Shown here: positions 61,551-64,000 of the stretch, one piece after another
How positions within the stretch are numbered: position 1 is the stretch's first letter
How the letters are laid out: each line of letters opens with the position of its first letter
From: Epithemia pelagica
Taxonomy: Eukaryota; Protista; Bacillariophyta
Length of the DNA stretch: 64,000 bases
Direction: 5' to 3'
Assembly (NCBI GenBank): GCA_946965045.2
Contig: OX337239.1
Coordinates: 1,674,001-1,738,000, forward strand
Notes under the pieces: generated by a model
Told to the model about the DNA's origin: nothing
Seen by the model: the letters and a program-made list of their open reading frames with translations, nothing else
The model's database searches: none
Made by a program: the position numbers and the translations under genes

Positions 61551-62834
61551 ATGTCGCTTCAAAGCAGTAGCTACACTTGTCCTCCTCTACCAGTGATTGT
61601 CCTCACTTCTGGGGTGTCAGTGGTGGCTGGTATTGCAGCTTCATTCTTCTATTGGAAACTTCGGGATGGATCGAACAATAACAAAAATGGCACGGCAAAA
61701 TCCAAGTCAACAGCATCTTCTACGTCGACAACTGGAACCGTGGGATCGATCTTCTCTGCGGATTTCTTGAAGATCACACATCCCCTCTATGACTGGCATA
61801 TGGGATGTGAAAACATGGGACCAATGTTGTACGCCCTCGTTCGATTTGTCAAATCTAGAAAAGTCTTAGAAATTGGAGCTGGGTACACGTCAATTTACCT
61901 ATTGCAAGCACTTTGCGACAACGGAAAGGAGATACAACATGTCCGTCGCGAATTTATATCAAAAAGCTCTGAATCGGATGAATCCAAGAGTGAAGCCAAG
62001 GACATGTATCTGGATGGTTACCATTACGGCACCCCCTCGGCATCGGCACCAGTTCTACATATTATGGACAATATGGAACATGAGTCAACAACTGCGCATT
62101 TGGTGCAGCATGTAGCAAGTGAATTGGGAATCAGCCAAGACCTTAAGGTCATTGTGGCAGACTGTTTCTCATTCGACCTGAGAGAAACCGTGGACAAAGG
62201 GCTCCAGCATTCTCGTAACACTACTTACGACTTCATTTGGCTGGATGGAATCACAACTGACGAAAGGTTTCCAGCCCTCTTTGACAAATATTGGAGACAT
62301 CATCTCGATTTGGGTGGATATATCGCGGTTCACTCCACTTTAACCAACACTGTTACTCGCAGATGGATGAACGATTTGATTTCCAGAATGGATCGTCGAT
62401 CCAAAATGGAACTGGCACGTTTTGAAATCATGCCTTCCAACCCCGGCACCAATATGGATGAACTGGCAACCTTGGTCCGCGCAGCACTTGGAGAAGATGA
62501 GAACGCTCAATTTGAATGGCTGAATGAAGAATATCAGGTTCTTGACATTGGTTTTGGTATTCAAAAGCTTGTCCTCTTAGCTTTGGTGGACACAGTTGAC
62601 ACTGCTTCGAGCGCGGCTGAAAGATTAGAAATGAGCAGTGGTCAAAGCGAATTGATTTCCAGTGTGGAAGTATCATGCGAGGACTCGACGAATATCTCGT
62701 CACCAGAATATCATACGTCGTATCTTCACTATTGCAGTTTTCTGGAGCCACACAAGCGGTTCCAAAATTCATTTACTATCTTTCAAAAACGCAGTGCAAC
62801 ATATCATGAACCGGTTCACAGCTGGAGCCCGTAA
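61551..62834 (+). CDS. Membrane-anchored class I SAM methyltransferase (Methyltransf_24-like) with an inserted EF1B-GNE-like domain
   Basis: N-terminal TM; KVLEIGAGYTS (motif I); YDFIWLDG. Insert at about 62403-62675. Closing strands FLEPHK.FQNSFTIFQKR. Confidence 0.75.
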   Translation: MSLQSSSYTCPPLPVIVLTSGVSVVAGIAASFFYWKLRDGSNNNKNGTAKSKSTASSTSTTGTVGSIFSADFLKITHPLYDWHMGCENMGPMLYALVRFVKSRKVLEIGAGYTSIYLLQALCDNGKEIQHVRREFISKSSESDESKSEAKDMYLDGYHYGTPSASAPVLHIMDNMEHESTTAHLVQHVASELGISQDLKVIVADCFSFDLRETVDKGLQHSRNTTYDFIWLDGITTDERFPALFDKYWRHHLDLGGYIAVHSTLTNTVTRRWMNDLISRMDRRSKMELARFEIMPSNPGTNMDELATLVRAALGEDENAQFEWLNEEYQVLDIGFGIQKLVLLALVDTVDTASSAAERLEMSSGQSELISSVEVSCEDSTNISSPEYHTSYLHYCSFLEPHKRFQNSFTIFQKRSATYHEPVHSWSP

Positions 62835-62921
62835 AGATGTCAGATGTCAGGAGCAACGAGGAACTACCCAACGAATAAACTATGCGCCGTGGTGGCCAAT
62901 CATGGAACCTTGGCAGTCAAG

Positions 62922-63371
62922 TTACTTGCAACACTCCAGCATAATTCCCTGACTTGTGGGGCAGCAAAGCCCCTCCAACTTGCTACATTTGGAGAAGAGA
63001 GCACAGTTGTTGTATGTGAGATCCGTACTTTCGTCCGCGGATGTTTCGGATGAAGTTTCCGACGCAGGCGCCGGCGCGGGGTTGGCAACCGTGTGCCAGC
63101 TGGGATTGCTATTCCCATGTCCAGGATAGAGGTCACCAAAGTCACGTGTGAGGAAATAGGCGGCGGCTCCCACGATGGCAATAGCAATTACAATAGGTAC
63201 GCCCAACAGCAATAGCTTGCGATTCTTTTCTTGACGGCTCAAGGATGACCATTTTCCAGCTGGTAGGAATCTTAGACTGTCTTCGTTGAATCCTGCCGCA
63301 TTATTCGATTTCTGATGCTCTTCGACATCATAGTTGCTGGTGTTGCCCCCTGTCGCACCGTAGTTCTTCAT
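62922..63371 (-). CDS. Small single-pass membrane protein with a C-terminal 6-Cys module
   Basis: TM LLLLGVPIVIAIAIVGAAAYFL; C-terminus CALFSKCSKLEGLCCPTSQGIMLECC. Confidence 0.7.
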   Translation of the reverse strand: MKNYGATGGNTSNYDVEEHQKSNNAAGFNEDSLRFLPAGKWSSLSRQEKNRKLLLLGVPIVIAIAIVGAAAYFLTRDFGDLYPGHGNSNPSWHTVANPAPAPASETSSETSADESTDLTYNNCALFSKCSKLEGLCCPTSQGIMLECCK

Positions 63372-63957
63372 TGTCGATGTTCTTTGAATGTTGCGTTTGT
63401 GAAAATATTGAGGATGACGACGACAACAACGACGACAAGAGAAAAATGACAGTCATTCGCTGACGTATGACTTATGACTTAGGAGTAGATAGAGCACATC
63501 TGGAACACGCGAAACTATGTCGGCTATGACCTCACGCGCCCTATGCTAGCAGACAAGGCAGCATTGTAGCTTAGTACTAGCTAAACAGCTCTAGTCCTTG
63601 TTGTTTTGGCGTTTGTCTCTTTTTCAAAAACCCGGGGCAATAAAAACGGTGCTCCCGGTATTAAGCCTCATGACACACACATGATGAAATTTTTGTCATG
63701 TAATTTCCTACTTATCAATCATTATCTTAGCCTGACGAAGAATGTGGTGTACACTACATAACTTCTCAGTCTTGTGAGCCATCGGTAAATAAGGACTAGA
63801 TAGCTGCTCGCCACAATCGGCAATAATATTCTTGAATAGCCCAATTCTCATTATTTGGTCTATTTTACAGTACATTCTAGTACAACATTAGTGCAAAAGT
63901 ACGAGTCGTGCTTCGGTGCTCCCACTCCCACGGGATGGTTCTCGCAAACCACACAAA

Positions 63958-64000
63958 ATGAAGCGGACAAGATGAAGCGGACAAGACGACAAGCGGACAA
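63958..64000. repeat. Short ~14-bp tandem repeat running off the window end
   Basis: ATGAAGCGGACAAG twice, then ACGACAAGCGGACAA. Confidence 0.6.

Noticed and set aside
1-64000. tRNA, rRNA or snRNA genes, including at the transposon target site as in Dada-type targeting
   Set aside because: No cloverleaf, T-loop or snRNA motifs were recognised. The reconstructed empty site looks like BolA upstream sequence. tRNAscan-SE/Rfam would be the decisive check.

Overview
Eukaryotic DNA, most likely a diatom or other stramenopile. This is inferred from the short GT-AG introns, a signal peptide + AF plastid-targeting motif and diatom-typical gene families. Bases 1-31.6 kb and 57.4-64 kb hold about 20 ordinary genes, including a sulfotransferase, an M11 metalloprotease, a bacterial-type cytosine deaminase, RMT2, a tRNA-binding protein, proteasome alpha-2, BolA and a methyltransferase with an EF1B-like insert. 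Bases 32273-57382 are a head-to-tail array of five 4955-bp units of a TIR-less DDE-transposase element. The 8-mer GCAAAAGG separates the units and bounds both ends of the array. In every copy the transposase is split by the same 783-bp TG...CA solo-LTR-like insert with a CAATT target duplication; removing it restores one 1147-aa ORF. Copy 5 also carries a 455-bp deletion and a unique 778-bp non-coding insertion, whose 5' part folds into a ~210-nt rod with repeated ACGAGGAG purine loops. All family assignments come from motif recognition by eye; no database searches were run.
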